64,000 bases of DNA, taken from NCBI GenBank assembly GCA_965637545.1, contig OZ281496.1, forward strand, positions 13,144,001 to 13,208,000, in the 5' to 3' direction. The notes under the pieces are model-generated. The model was not told where the DNA came from, ran no database searches, and was given only the letters and a program-made list of their open reading frames with translations. This DNA comes from Phallusia mammillata (taxonomy: Eukaryota). Both the position numbers and the translations under genes were made by a program. Positions 12,915 to 24,039 of the stretch are shown piece after piece (within the stretch, counting starts at the first letter, position 1; every line of letters starts with the position of its first letter).

Positions 12915-14400
12915 GGTATTTTACTTATTTACTTGGTTTGACACAGGTATGGTTCCAGTTTCCATCCCCGACCACAATTTTGGGATCGACTCCACATCGA
13001 TTGCAAATGAATGAGTAGCTCAAATTTTGCAAAACTGCAAAATGATAAACAGTATTTCGAATTTCCTGTAGTGGAACAGTTTGTTTGTTTTTATTCGAAG
13101 AACATTGACATGACCATTCCCCTGTCTCTGAGTCAAACGTTACTCTTACTCTTTGCAATTTGCTGTAATATTCAATTTTGTGTGCATAAACTGACTAATA
13201 TAATGTTCTTCCAGAAAAACCCATCATCCACACTTTTTGCTTGTGAAGGCCTGACAGCCTCAAGATGCTCACATTCTAACGACGGGTTGACTGTCCCTGC
13301 TGACTTCAATGCAGGTTGGATTGCTGCACAGGATTAAACTTTTTTCTATGCTGTTTTGGACATTAATAGGAGCTATCAGTCCACTTCTTGCTTTAGCAAC
13401 TGCAAAAAATCCATGTTCTTTGTCCACACAAATACTTGGATGTTGTATTTGCGTGACATCATGATGAATTCTGGCATGTTTTCGCAATGATTGAGACCAC
13501 CTTTTTTTGCTATCTTGGCAGGTAAAATTTCCCTTTTCTTCCAATGACTTTGTTTTTTTCTAACAATTTACACATTAAAAAATGTACATTTACATACACT
13601 CCGACACATTTTAAAGTTTTATTGTATTTAAGTAAGTATTTTGTTTTTGTGGTTAGTTGCTAGTACAATATTTTGTATTGGTAGTGTGCTGTGAAGTAAT
13701 TGATGCCTATTTTTGTTTTCACAATTATTTCTTTAACGAAGCAGATGTCCAGTGTTTAGCTGCTGAGATATTATTGTGAGTATATTAAATCAAGTCAAAA
13801 CTAGGAAGGGAGGCTTAGCACATATTGCCCTTGCATATACACTATAACACATATTTTCTACACTTCTTTTATATTGGGTCCCATATCATCCATTGTCTTT
13901 TCTAACCTTGGTTGTTTCTGCAAGCAAAAACTCATGGGTCCCGTAAGCTTCTGGTTTCTATAGCTATTTTGGTTTGCTTAGCTTGTTCAATCACAGAACA
14001 TACTCAAACTATAAAAAATGCTTGATTTCACTTTGAAAAATATGGAAGATGAGGAAATTCCAACATGTTTGGACGACTGTATACTGGGTATGCTTTTATA
14101 TTATAATTATTTTGTTGAACAGTGTGGTGAAGTATTCTTTTTGTTAAAATATTGTTTTTTGTACCCCGTGAAATTAAAATACATATTTAATGGGACAAAC
14201 ACCAATCAAAACATCCTCATCATCATCTTCCAAGAAGAGAAAGATATCTAATGACAGGAATGATGGGCAAAATCTTTCAATATGGAAAAAAAAAGTCAAA
14301 ACTCCATTGTGAAATGCAATGAGGCAAAAACAACCAAATGTTGAGTCAGTTGACTTTGGGAATTCGGTGATTGCTAAGTTGAGAAAGTTTAACAAAGCTT
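12915..14400 (-). mobile_element. Degenerate Zisupton/KDZ-like transposase fragments
   Basis: Fragments include SICVDKEHGFFAV...PINVQ..LC (13269-13544), SWIM-like RVTFDSETGEWSCQC, and FICNRCGVDPKIVVGDGN (12925-13158), which resembles the KDZ CxxCG..P...DG motif. Family assignment is from memory of motifs. Confidence 0.55.
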
Positions 14401-14599
14401 CAACACCAATTTTTTTTGAATTTATTGTATGAGGCTGAAGAACAATTGTAAAACGGTGGTTAAACTCATTAATTTCGATTTTACTTTTTTATTGTGTAAA
14501 TATTTAACAAAGAGATGATCCCAATCAAACAAAATGTATCTTTATTTCAAACTAAAAAATGTTGAATCCAAAACAGGAAGCTATAGCACAAAAAACATA

Positions 14600-15385
14600 A
14601 TGGTTATTTTACCGCAAGCGTTTAACACAAGTATCGTGCCAAGATTCTTGGCTGGATGGGCTAAGACAGTAATTGACATATTCATCACGAATCATGGCAG
14701 CCGATTGGGAGAGCATATCCGATCCGATTTGTCCTATTGGGCGCATGTCAGCATTTTCGTTTCTCCATTGCCCCGATTGAACATTACCAAAACGATCTTC
14801 GCAATCCACCAATGAAGGGAAACAATATTGTTTGTGACTGATTTTTGAAACGTTATTTATGCAAGCAGCAGGCAGCTTTCGTGATAATTTCAGACTTCTG
14901 AGATATGGCGACAACAGGTGAACGAAATAGTCCTAATTTACTGCCTAAGATACCAAAGGCATTTTCTACAGTTCACCGGGCCTAATCAAATGTTTTTGGA
15001 CTAAATTAAGGTTACGTCCAGGGTACGGCCGAGGCAAATTTTATTTGAGAGGGAATGGTTGGTCAGCGACAATGGTGTGTGGTAAAACAACGTTTCACCA
15101 GGCAGCATTTTCGGAGGAGTGAAGTTTAGGGTGTCATCCTGTAAGTCTTAAGGCATGACTAAATGTGGAATTGGGAAAAACGCCACCATCACCATGTCGA
15201 CCGTTGTCACCTACGTCAACGAGAACGTAATCTGTGTTCGCCTCAGAAAGATGAAATTGAACCGCTTGGGTACAGCTTTTTTCACAACCAGTTTCAGCTT
15301 TTCCTTGCCCTCCATCGAATGTCCTACCAAGTAGCTAAACGACAATGTTTGTTGTGAAGCTCCAGTGACCAAGTACCTATAAAAA
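14600..15385 (-). mobile_element. PIF/Harbinger DDE transposase pseudogene
   Basis: Minus-strand translation gives RYLVTG.SQ..LSFSY, VDVGDNGRHGDGGVF, PFPLK..RPYPG and VENAFGIL. The C-terminus reads GQWRNE...AAMIRDEYVNY..S...SW. Confidence 0.8.
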
Positions 15386-15474
15386 TGTTTCTGAACTTCA
15401 AACCACCCCTGATCTTTATTTAAAGAGTATACAGAATTTTTTTGCTAAAAATACCCTAATATAATTAGCTAGTC

Positions 15475-17967
15475 CAGGGGTCGCCAACCTTTACCACTTA
15501 AAAAGCCATTCTGACCCGTTTTACGCAGTACAGAAAACACTGGGAGCCGCAAAAAGTTTTTTTTGTATTTGCCTTTCCAAATCAATGAACGAAAGCAGAA
15601 GAACGAAATAAAATGTATGCATGCAACAAAATTACGAAAAAAGACGTTGGGCAAAAGGCCGAAATGCCTAGTGTGATTTCTGCCCCTGAACCTCAGAGCA
15701 TAGCAACTGCACATCGGGGATGTATGTCGTCACCTTCATCTTTAAAACGGATTGTATGCTGTCATCTGTAAGGCGTGTGCGATGTTTGTTTTTAATAAAG
15801 TTCATGTTGGAGAACACCTGCTCACATACATATGTGGACCCAAAAATCGACAGTACTCCAAATGCAAACTTTTTCATGTTTTCATATATGCCGGGGATAG
15901 CATTCCAAGTTTCAAACACAAGTTTGTCTGGTTTGGGGAGGCTTTCAATATCGCGCCATTTGTGATTCTGAGCCAAAACCGCCTTCTGACGTAAAACATC
16001 TTCGAGGTCCGCTGTTAAATTCTTAAACTTGGAAACCCACATTTCTTTGTCGGCAATGTCAGCCAGTTCCATGTCAAGATCAGGAGGACTCACACCTGGA
16101 AATGCAGTTAAGTTACACAGGGATGGATCGATACTTAAAGGAGTGACAGGGAAGGATAATGTGTTTTTTTCTTCTCTGAACTCACTGAATCGTTTTCCAA
16201 ACGATGATTGCATTGTGTTGACTGCAGAATGTAAATACACCAAATTTATTTCGTGAGCTTCTCTAAATTCTCTTAAACTGGGGAAGTGTGACAGTGTACT
16301 TTTCTGTAAATCTCTTGCCAGGATTGTCAACTTCCGCTCGAATGCTAAAACCTCTTCCAACATGTGCAGGGCTGTGCGTCCTTTACCCTGAAGAGCTGTG
16401 TTCAGCGTATTTAAGTGTGCTGTCATGTCTACTAAGAAATATAGCTTTTCTAGCCACTCTGGCTGTTCCAGCTCAGGAAATTTGAGCCCTTAGCTGACCA
16501 GGAAGGATTTTACTTCTTGCAGACACGCAGCAAAGCGTTTTAGCACCTCGCCTCTGGACAGCCATCGAACTTTGTTGTGCAGCAATAGATCAGAATAAGT
16601 GCTTTCCAGCTCGTCCAGTAACGAACGGAATTGGCGGTGATTCAATCCTTTTGCCAATATTTTATTGACAATCTGAATTACAACATTCGTTACTTCTGTG
16701 CATTCTGAAGGAAATGTTTGAGCACACAGTGCCTCTTGGTGTAAGATGCAGTGAAATGCCAGTAACTTTCTATTCAGCGATTTCTGCAGTAAAGCTACAA
16801 AGCCCTTGTGTGCTCCTGTCATGCTAGGTGCCCCGTCTGTAGCCACTGACACCAGGTGTGTGGTGTTTATTCCGTTGGTTCTTAAACAACTCAAGACAGC
16901 TTCACATACGTCTTCACCCCGTGTTTGGCCTTTTAGTGGTATCAACTCAATTAATTCTTCCTGTGGTCCAGTGGAATTAACGTACCGGCAAAACAGCGCT
17001 ATTTGTTCGATATCACCCCTGTCTTTCATCGCAGGCGATTGAGTAAGCCACTGCTGAATTGATGTCTTTTAGTTGCTGTCTGGTTATGTCTTTTGCCATT
17101 TTTATTGTTCTGTCTTTGACGGTCTGTGCTGAGAGGGGCATATCCCTTATTTTCTGCAAAATTTCTGTTTTGTTTTTAAAGTCCATAAAAAGATGTTCTG
17201 AAATCTGAATAAAAGATTCTTTCATATATTCTCCATCTGTAAACGGCTTTCCGTGTCTGACTATTTCCTGAGCGGCGACAAAAGTAGCATATGTACTTGA
17301 ATTTGCTGACTTCATCCATGTCTTAAAGTGTTTTTAACTCAAATCAGTCTTTCGCATCAGTTCCGAAACTGCCTTTTTTTTGTTTCATCACCATCGGGAT
17401 ATTTTTGAGCAAATGCTGCGTGTTTGTTCTCAAAATGTCTCACGACATTTGACTTTTTGTTATTGGCTAGTTTTTCGTGACAGATCAAGCATATTGGCAA
17501 ACCAGTGCCGTCAGCAGTAAAGGCAAATGCATCTGCCCACGCAGTATTAAATGTTCTGTTTTCTTCGGACACTTTTCTTTTCTTTGATTTCTCCATGATG
17601 CACTGGGCGACTGGGTTGATTTTTCTGCATTGCTGATTTTTGTACTTGTTTGTTTTAAACGCATTGTTACATAACTATTAACAAACAGGTATTGTTGCAC
17701 GCACACACAACAACAAAAGCAGTATCTCACACTGTGTGCTAACGTGCGCGCCCCAATTTGGACATTTTATGGTATATAGGCATGATTGTAGCTAACTACA
17801 AGACGCGGGTACTGTCATGTTATTGCACAAAAAATTTTATTGTCAAATTGTTGGCATAAGCGTTATAGAATTTAATTTTGTAAACTTTTTGTAATTTTAA
17901 AACTGAGCTGCATCAGAGGGATCAAAGAGCCGCATGCGGCTCCAGAGCCGTGGGTTGGCGACCCCTG
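15475..17967 (-). mobile_element. hAT (Charlie/SPIN, GTF2IRD2-like) DNA transposon, 2493 bp, transposase frameshifted
   Basis: Perfect 15-bp TIR CAGGGGTCGCCAACC. ORFs 17357-17596 (BED-like CLIC...RH..KH), 17013-17315, 16490-17029 (ATDGAPSM, HCILHQ, VRWLS) and 15668-16426 (FGSTYVCEQVFS). Flanks agctagtc and tattggag do not form a TSD. Confidence 0.95.
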
Positions 17968-19963
17968 TATTGGAGGAATGAACAATCCAAATTCTTCCTA
18001 CTTCGATGACTGCAATGATTTTACAATTATACTTCCAGACTGTTATCTTCATCATTTATTTGTTTGTAACTTTTCTTTGATTAATATAGATTGGAACGGA
18101 TTGCCAAGTACCGTGTTGAACGAAACGACTCCAGTTGATTACGCTCATGCTCAGAGAGAGTTAGATTCAACAATTATGATATTTTACCGATAAATAGGGT
18201 TTGATTCGACGCACTGAAAGAATTACCCACTTCATTGATTTGTCAAATCTGCGGATATAAACCCACGTTATACAACTACTTTGTATGTGGTCGCTTGTAT
18301 CTGACCTTTTGAAATTTACCTCGCATTGATTAGTGATACTTGATTCTGTTCTTTATCCTGTATGAACGATATTGCCTGTATAAACGTCGTTGGTTTGTGA
18401 ATTGTTGTTGACACAAAATTCACTACTGGGATCATTTCAAATCCGCTATCAATTGATTTGTAGTAATCGGTTTTAGGTTAATATTCGCTGATGAGTCTCA
18501 AAGTTACAACCGCATCACTCGGAGTCCTGGAAACTCCACACAAATGTCTTGCGCTTCAGCTCGTTTGTTTATTACAAAAGATATAGAGAAGAAAAAATAG
18601 AGATATAGAGAGCGAAATGAACCACTGCGGCTTTATAAATACTCCGGATAAATGCGTCAAATCGTACACATGTGCTCTTGCGATTGGCTCTTGCACAATT
18701 ACCACATAAGCATCGTCCAATCACAGCACAGGACAAAACACAAAGTTAAATTGTGTAACCACCAGATCACAAAATCCCATCCGAATTAACTCCAACAGGA
18801 AATATTTCAAAGTTCAAACACGATTTTGCAATCCCGTTGAATAAAACCTTTGTTTTGAATAAAACAAATTGGGTATGAAATGGCACACAAATAGTTATCG
18901 TACACAACACAAAAACGATACACCATAGACAATTTGTTGATTTCTGGAAGTTTCTGGATCAACTACACAACGATACTCAAGTAACAGCACACATACGAGA
19001 TTGTCAGCATCAGACATTTAAAACGTTTTAACTTATTACGTTCAAGAACAAACAACATTCGCTTTACACCACACCAATTACCGAAATCACAATCGCGTTT
19101 CGCGCGTTACGTTTTTGTTTCCGGAATTGATTGCCTCCAGTCGTCAGACATCCGAATTGTTGAAATTTGGTGTCTGTTGGAATGGTGAATTTGAACGTTC
19201 TCTGCTCTTGACCACAGTCTAATTTTGAGAGACACGGCTATGGTGGCCTATGAGTGCCACCTAAAAAACATGACACTAAAATAAAAAGTTAACTTAAAAC
19301 GGCAAAGTAATTTGAAAACTCAAATGAAAATTCAAATAAAGTTGATTTGTAAATTAAAAGTGATTTGAAAACGAAACGAAAAGTGATTTGAAAACAAAAA
19401 GTGATTTGAAAACGAAAAGTGAAATGATAACGAAAAGTGATTTGAAAACGAAAAGTGATTTGAAAACGAAAAGTAAAATGAAAACGAAAAGTAAAATGAA
19501 AACGAAAAGTGATTTGGAAACGAAAAGTGATTTGAAAACGAAAAGTGATTTGAAAACGAAAAGTGATTTAAAAACGTTTTTTCGCTGTCTCGACGTGGTC
19601 GAGGCGTGCCAGTGCCAAGTGTTTCCGAAAACATTTTTTCCCACAGTTTCGTCAATCGCGCAATTTTTGCTTTTAAAGTGCCGAATATGTAAAACAACTT
19701 ACATCAATTTTTAGGTAAAATATATGATGATTTTAATGGCATGACATGTAATAAAAATGTATTCATGAAATAGTTTGTGGAACACAATGCAGTGCTACGG
19801 TTAGATGCACTTTATGTGGAGGGCTTTATGAAAAGTCCGCTATAATCAGTTGGTATTGTTGGTAGAAAATATAAGATATGCACATTTTGGAAAATGGAAT
19901 TTGCGCATGCCTATTTGAATATAGTGTTTTATTTAGTTGGTAAAACAATTCGTTTAATTGAAA

Positions 19964-21410
19964 ATGTCTTGTGAGTGGAAAGACGACATGGTGTTGGCCA
20001 CAGCATTGCAAGAGTATGTCAAAAAGTCAATCAAAATAGAAGAAATTCTCGATTTTGTGAAACGGGATTTTCCACTGTACGCATGGAGTTTGCGAACTTT
20101 GTGTCGCAGACTGAAGTATTTTAACATTTCTTACACTGATTATTCAGTTGGTGTAGATCAAGTAAAGGAAGCCGTAAATACGGAACTTAATGGGCCAGGA
20201 AAGTTTTTGGGTTATCGAGCCATGCACCAAAAATTAAGAAAACAACATGGAATGAATGTACCCAGGGACTTAGTGTACGCTGCCATGTCTGAGTTAGACC
20301 CAGAAGGTATGTATACCAGAAACCCAGCAAACATAAGAAGAAAGGCAAAGGTCATTTTGCAAGCAAAGGATCTGACTGGGTACATTCTCTTGATGGACAT
20401 TGTAAATTGATGGGGTTTCAAAGGTGCACTTTTCCTTTAGCTGTTTATGGGTGCATCGACACAGCAAGTAGAAAAAATTTGTGGATTAGGGTTTGGACCG
20501 ATAATTGTGACCCAAAGTTAATAGGTCGATTTTATTTGGATTATTTGTATGAAGCAAGAACCATCTCATGATATATAAGACTTGAAAAGGAACAGAGACT
20601 GGTATTATGGCAACAATGCACGCATTTTTGCGAAACTTTCATAGTGATATTAGTGATTCAACTACCACTGTTATTTATGGGAAGTCCACATCGAATCAGG
20701 TGACATTTTGAAACAATTTTATTTTAAAGTTTACCTGGTCAGTTGCAAATTTACAGATTGAAAGGTGGTGGAAAGAACTGCACGAGAGGCTGGAAAAATA
20801 TTTCAAAAGCCAATTAATGTTTTTAAAAGATAGGGGACATTACAACCCTGAAGTGACTTTAGACAGGTAAAAATACCTCTGTTTACTTTTATTGATTTAT
20901 TTTTAAATTTTTTAGTGAAAGACACATTATACAGGCCAATTTTAAATGTTTGAATTGTTTTATATTTACAGAGATATACTGGCATTTTTGTATATACCAG
21001 TTCTGGAAAAGGAAATACAAATATTTGTGGAAAACTGGAACACACATAGAATCCGTTACCAAAAAGACACATATCTTCCTGATGGTGTTCCTGATTACAT
21101 GTACAACTTTCCTGAAAAATATGGGCTGGAAAGATGTGGTAATATAAAATGCCATTGTTTGGTGTTTCTTATTTTGCATAGGTTGTCATTTGTAGGAAAG
21201 GCTGTAAATGAACAACAACTGCAACAAGTTGCTGAACTTTCGGGTGTGCTAGGAGTTCCAACGGATTTTTTAATTTCGCACCAACGAGATTTATTACAAA
21301 CTTTCATGGCTAACCCTGAAAAGTTGCAAGCAGCAGACTGTACAGATGCATACTTGTTTCTTAAAGAAAAGATTGTTTCTCATTTAAATAAAGAACCTAC
21401 ATGCTTGTGA
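19964..21410 (+). pseudogene. Integrase-core DDE transposase with three short introns, damaged
   Basis: Motifs: SLRTLCRRL (HTH), GPGKFLGYRAM..KLR, WVHSLDGHCKL, VYGCIDTASRK, GTETG, STSNQ|IERWW, WNTHRIR. GT-AG introns at about 20700-20755, 20866-20970 and 21138-21196. Contains a frameshift and an in-frame stop. Confidence 0.85.
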
Positions 21411-22135
21411 AACTTTTTGCTGCTCACTTTGTTTGTAACATTGCCAAATAATTGCAAGTAAACTCATACATACAGGTTTGTGTTTGAAATATCAGAATAT
21501 CTTATGAAGCCTGTGGAACTTGGACTCTTGCTAATAACATGAAAGCACACATTGTATAATTTATTTAGAAAACTTTAATCTGCAACTTTTTGTTCCATAG
21601 TATATTCACATAGACACAATATAGTCAATCATGTGGTACATCATCAGGACCATAGCATACGGACAAACAGTTATACACTGACTTTGTATTTATAACAATA
21701 TTGGCGAGGTAGATGTGAACCACAAAAGAACATGTGCTTAACAAACTATGTGTCTTTGCCTTCTTGTTTATGAGGCAAAGTGAAGGGAACATAAAAAAGG
21801 AACAGCCGAATACTGCTTTAAATGATGACAATGAGAGTGATACACAAAAAGGGAGTGAATGACAATGATTTTAAACCACAAGATATTATGCTTTTTGTTT
21901 TAGTTGTAAATGCCACCAGCAGTAAACATGTTGGCATATAAGATAATCACATAAAATCTACAGAATGTTGATCATTTTCTGCATCAAAGTTAAATGGTTC
22001 CAAAAGGCAGTACACTGAACACTTAAAAACAAAAGGAATAAGGTATGTAGATTTACAGTCAGCATGCAGTAAGAAATTACATGACAGTTCTTCTTAATAG
22101 CTATAAGTTTTACAAAAAGACATGATCCACTACAG

Positions 22136-23422
22136 TTAGTTCACTTTGGGCAAATTTAAAAGCCTACAAAACTCATTACACTCATGTTGGGTGAGAAAAT
22201 TGGAAATTGCTATTTTTGATAAATTCCCTGTGCAGAACAAACAAGCTCCATTCTCATCCATTTGTTCAAGTGACGCAATCTCTGGATTAGTATAAACAAG
22301 CATTCCACCTTGGATATCAGTCAATAAAAGCTGCTGACCTAAGTGTTCATAACTGTAGTGAGCCAAACAACATGCTTTTTGACAAGCAATTGATTGCTTG
22401 TTGCCACACACAGTGCCATCATTTGAATGTGAATTTTTGAAAATTTTCTGAAATGTACTTCTCCAAAGTAACAAATTCTTCATATTGTTCACCAATTTTC
22501 CCCCAAAAAAGATTTTGGTGTATGTTGGCACATATCCGAAACTGCAGGTAGGCAATTCATTCACAGCTTTAGCAAGTTGTGCTGCAAAATTGGCTGCAAG
22601 CATATGGCACTGCACAATCTTACGAGTGTGCATTTCAGGAGTTTGATTGTTTTTTTTATTGCTTCCAGAGTGGAGGAAGATACTTTTTTAAAACCCAGGT
22701 TTCTGGCAACATCTTGCTTGGGGAATGAACTTTAAATGCTTTCCTTAAGCCACCTTCACTGAAACTATCTTTTTCGACCTGAATGTCTACTTCTTTTTCG
22801 GTACCCCAAAGTAAATTAAAAATATGAAATTCTGAAAGTTTTATTCTAGTGGTTGTAGATTCCATTGCACATCCCAGTTTCAACATATCTAAAACCGAGA
22901 GACTTTTTGGAATGACATCTTCCTTCAGCACACTTTGTTCACTTTTAACGCTGGATTCAGGTTTAATAGCACTATTTATTTTTCTTCTCTTGATGCTTGG
23001 CAATTGGATACTTTTACTGGAAGACAATGTTAATACTTCACAAGACATCTGACTTTTTTTGCAAATAGCTCTTATATGTAGCACTTTAAAATTAGGAAGC
23101 GGATTTAGTAACACACAGGATGGACCTTGTTCTCCAGCCAGAATGTCACAAGTCAAACCTTGGTCTTCAAATAAGAAGTGATTGTTACACGCATCTTTAA
23201 TATTTTTGATGGTGATCTCGTCAAATAGGAATGGAACAAATTGACGAGCTCCAATCTTAGAATATTTCTGGGCTTTGCCCAAAACTCCAGGGCTGCATCT
23301 TTGTACTGTTAAGCACTTTTTTTCAATATTCAGGGAAAATTAACTTTGGAAGCTTTATTTTCTGAATCCTTTGACCGCCTCTGTTTCATTTCATTTTCAA
23401 ATTTGCCCCATGCTTCAACCAT
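22136..23422 (-). pseudogene. Alpha-kinase (eEF2K/TRPM7/MHCK-type atypical kinase), intronless, frameshifted, about 430 aa ancestral length
   Basis: FSEGGLRKAFK, WVLKKY, (off-frame) VTLEKYI..FQK, HYSYE...LTDIQG...TNPEI, and GNL...F...HECNEFC.LL.L are hallmark alpha-kinase motifs. ATG at 23422 begins MVEAWGKFENEMKQRR. Confidence 0.9.
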
Positions 23423-24039
23423 TTGTTTTTAGTAAGACAAACAATAAGGCTACATTAAAACTGACCAAACCATACAAATTCCCGCGCAATGCGTACCCAA
23501 CAATAACACCTACTATCACAGTGTTTCAAACAAACTTTACACATAAACATTAAAACGTGGTATTTTACTTAGCACATGAATATCAAAACGTGGCAAATTC
23601 ATGTACAGCTATTCGCACTGCAAATCAAATCATTAATTGTAGTGCAAAAATGCGCTTTCCAAGTTATCAGACTGGTATCAAAAATGTTTTCGGAAACACT
23701 TGGCACTGGCACGCCTCGGCCACGTCGAGATAGCGAAAAAACGTTTTCAAATCACTTTTCGTTTCCAAATCACTTTTTATTTTCAAATCACTTTTCGTTT
23801 TTATTTCACTTTTCTTTTCAAAATCATTTTTTTAATTTTCAAATCACTTTTCGTTTTCAAATTACTTTTCGTTATCATTTCACTTTTTGTTTTCAAATCA
23901 CTTTTCGTTTCGTTTTCGAAGCAGTTTTAATTTACAAATCAACTTTATTTGAATTTTCATTTTAGTTTTCAAATTACTTTGCCATTTTAAGTTAATTTTC
24001 TATTTTAATTTCATGTTTAGGCCACCATACAGGTACAGG

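Larger units (their letters stand above)
19239..24029 (+). mobile_element. 4.8-kb long-TIR DNA transposon (IS3EU/IS481-like integrase core) carrying an alpha-kinase gene
   Basis: Inverted repeats at 19239-~19640 and ~23680-24029 with termini TATGGTGGCCTA and TAGGCCACCATA and internal 18-bp tandem arrays. Two convergent genes lie inside. No convincing TSD (cacggc vs caggta). Confidence 0.8.

Noticed and set aside
19120-19165. Hammerhead ribozyme candidates (CTGACGA...GAAA on the minus strand; also 18488 and 44696)
   Set aside because: Stem II is weak or absent and no stem I/III with an NUH cleavage site could be built.
19332-19714. ORFs with KSDLKT / NHFSFS repeats (also 23576-23965)
   Set aside because: Translation artefacts of the 18-bp arrays within the TIRs.
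19233-24035. 6-bp TSD for the kinase-carrying element
   Set aside because: cacggc vs caggta match at only 3/6 positions.
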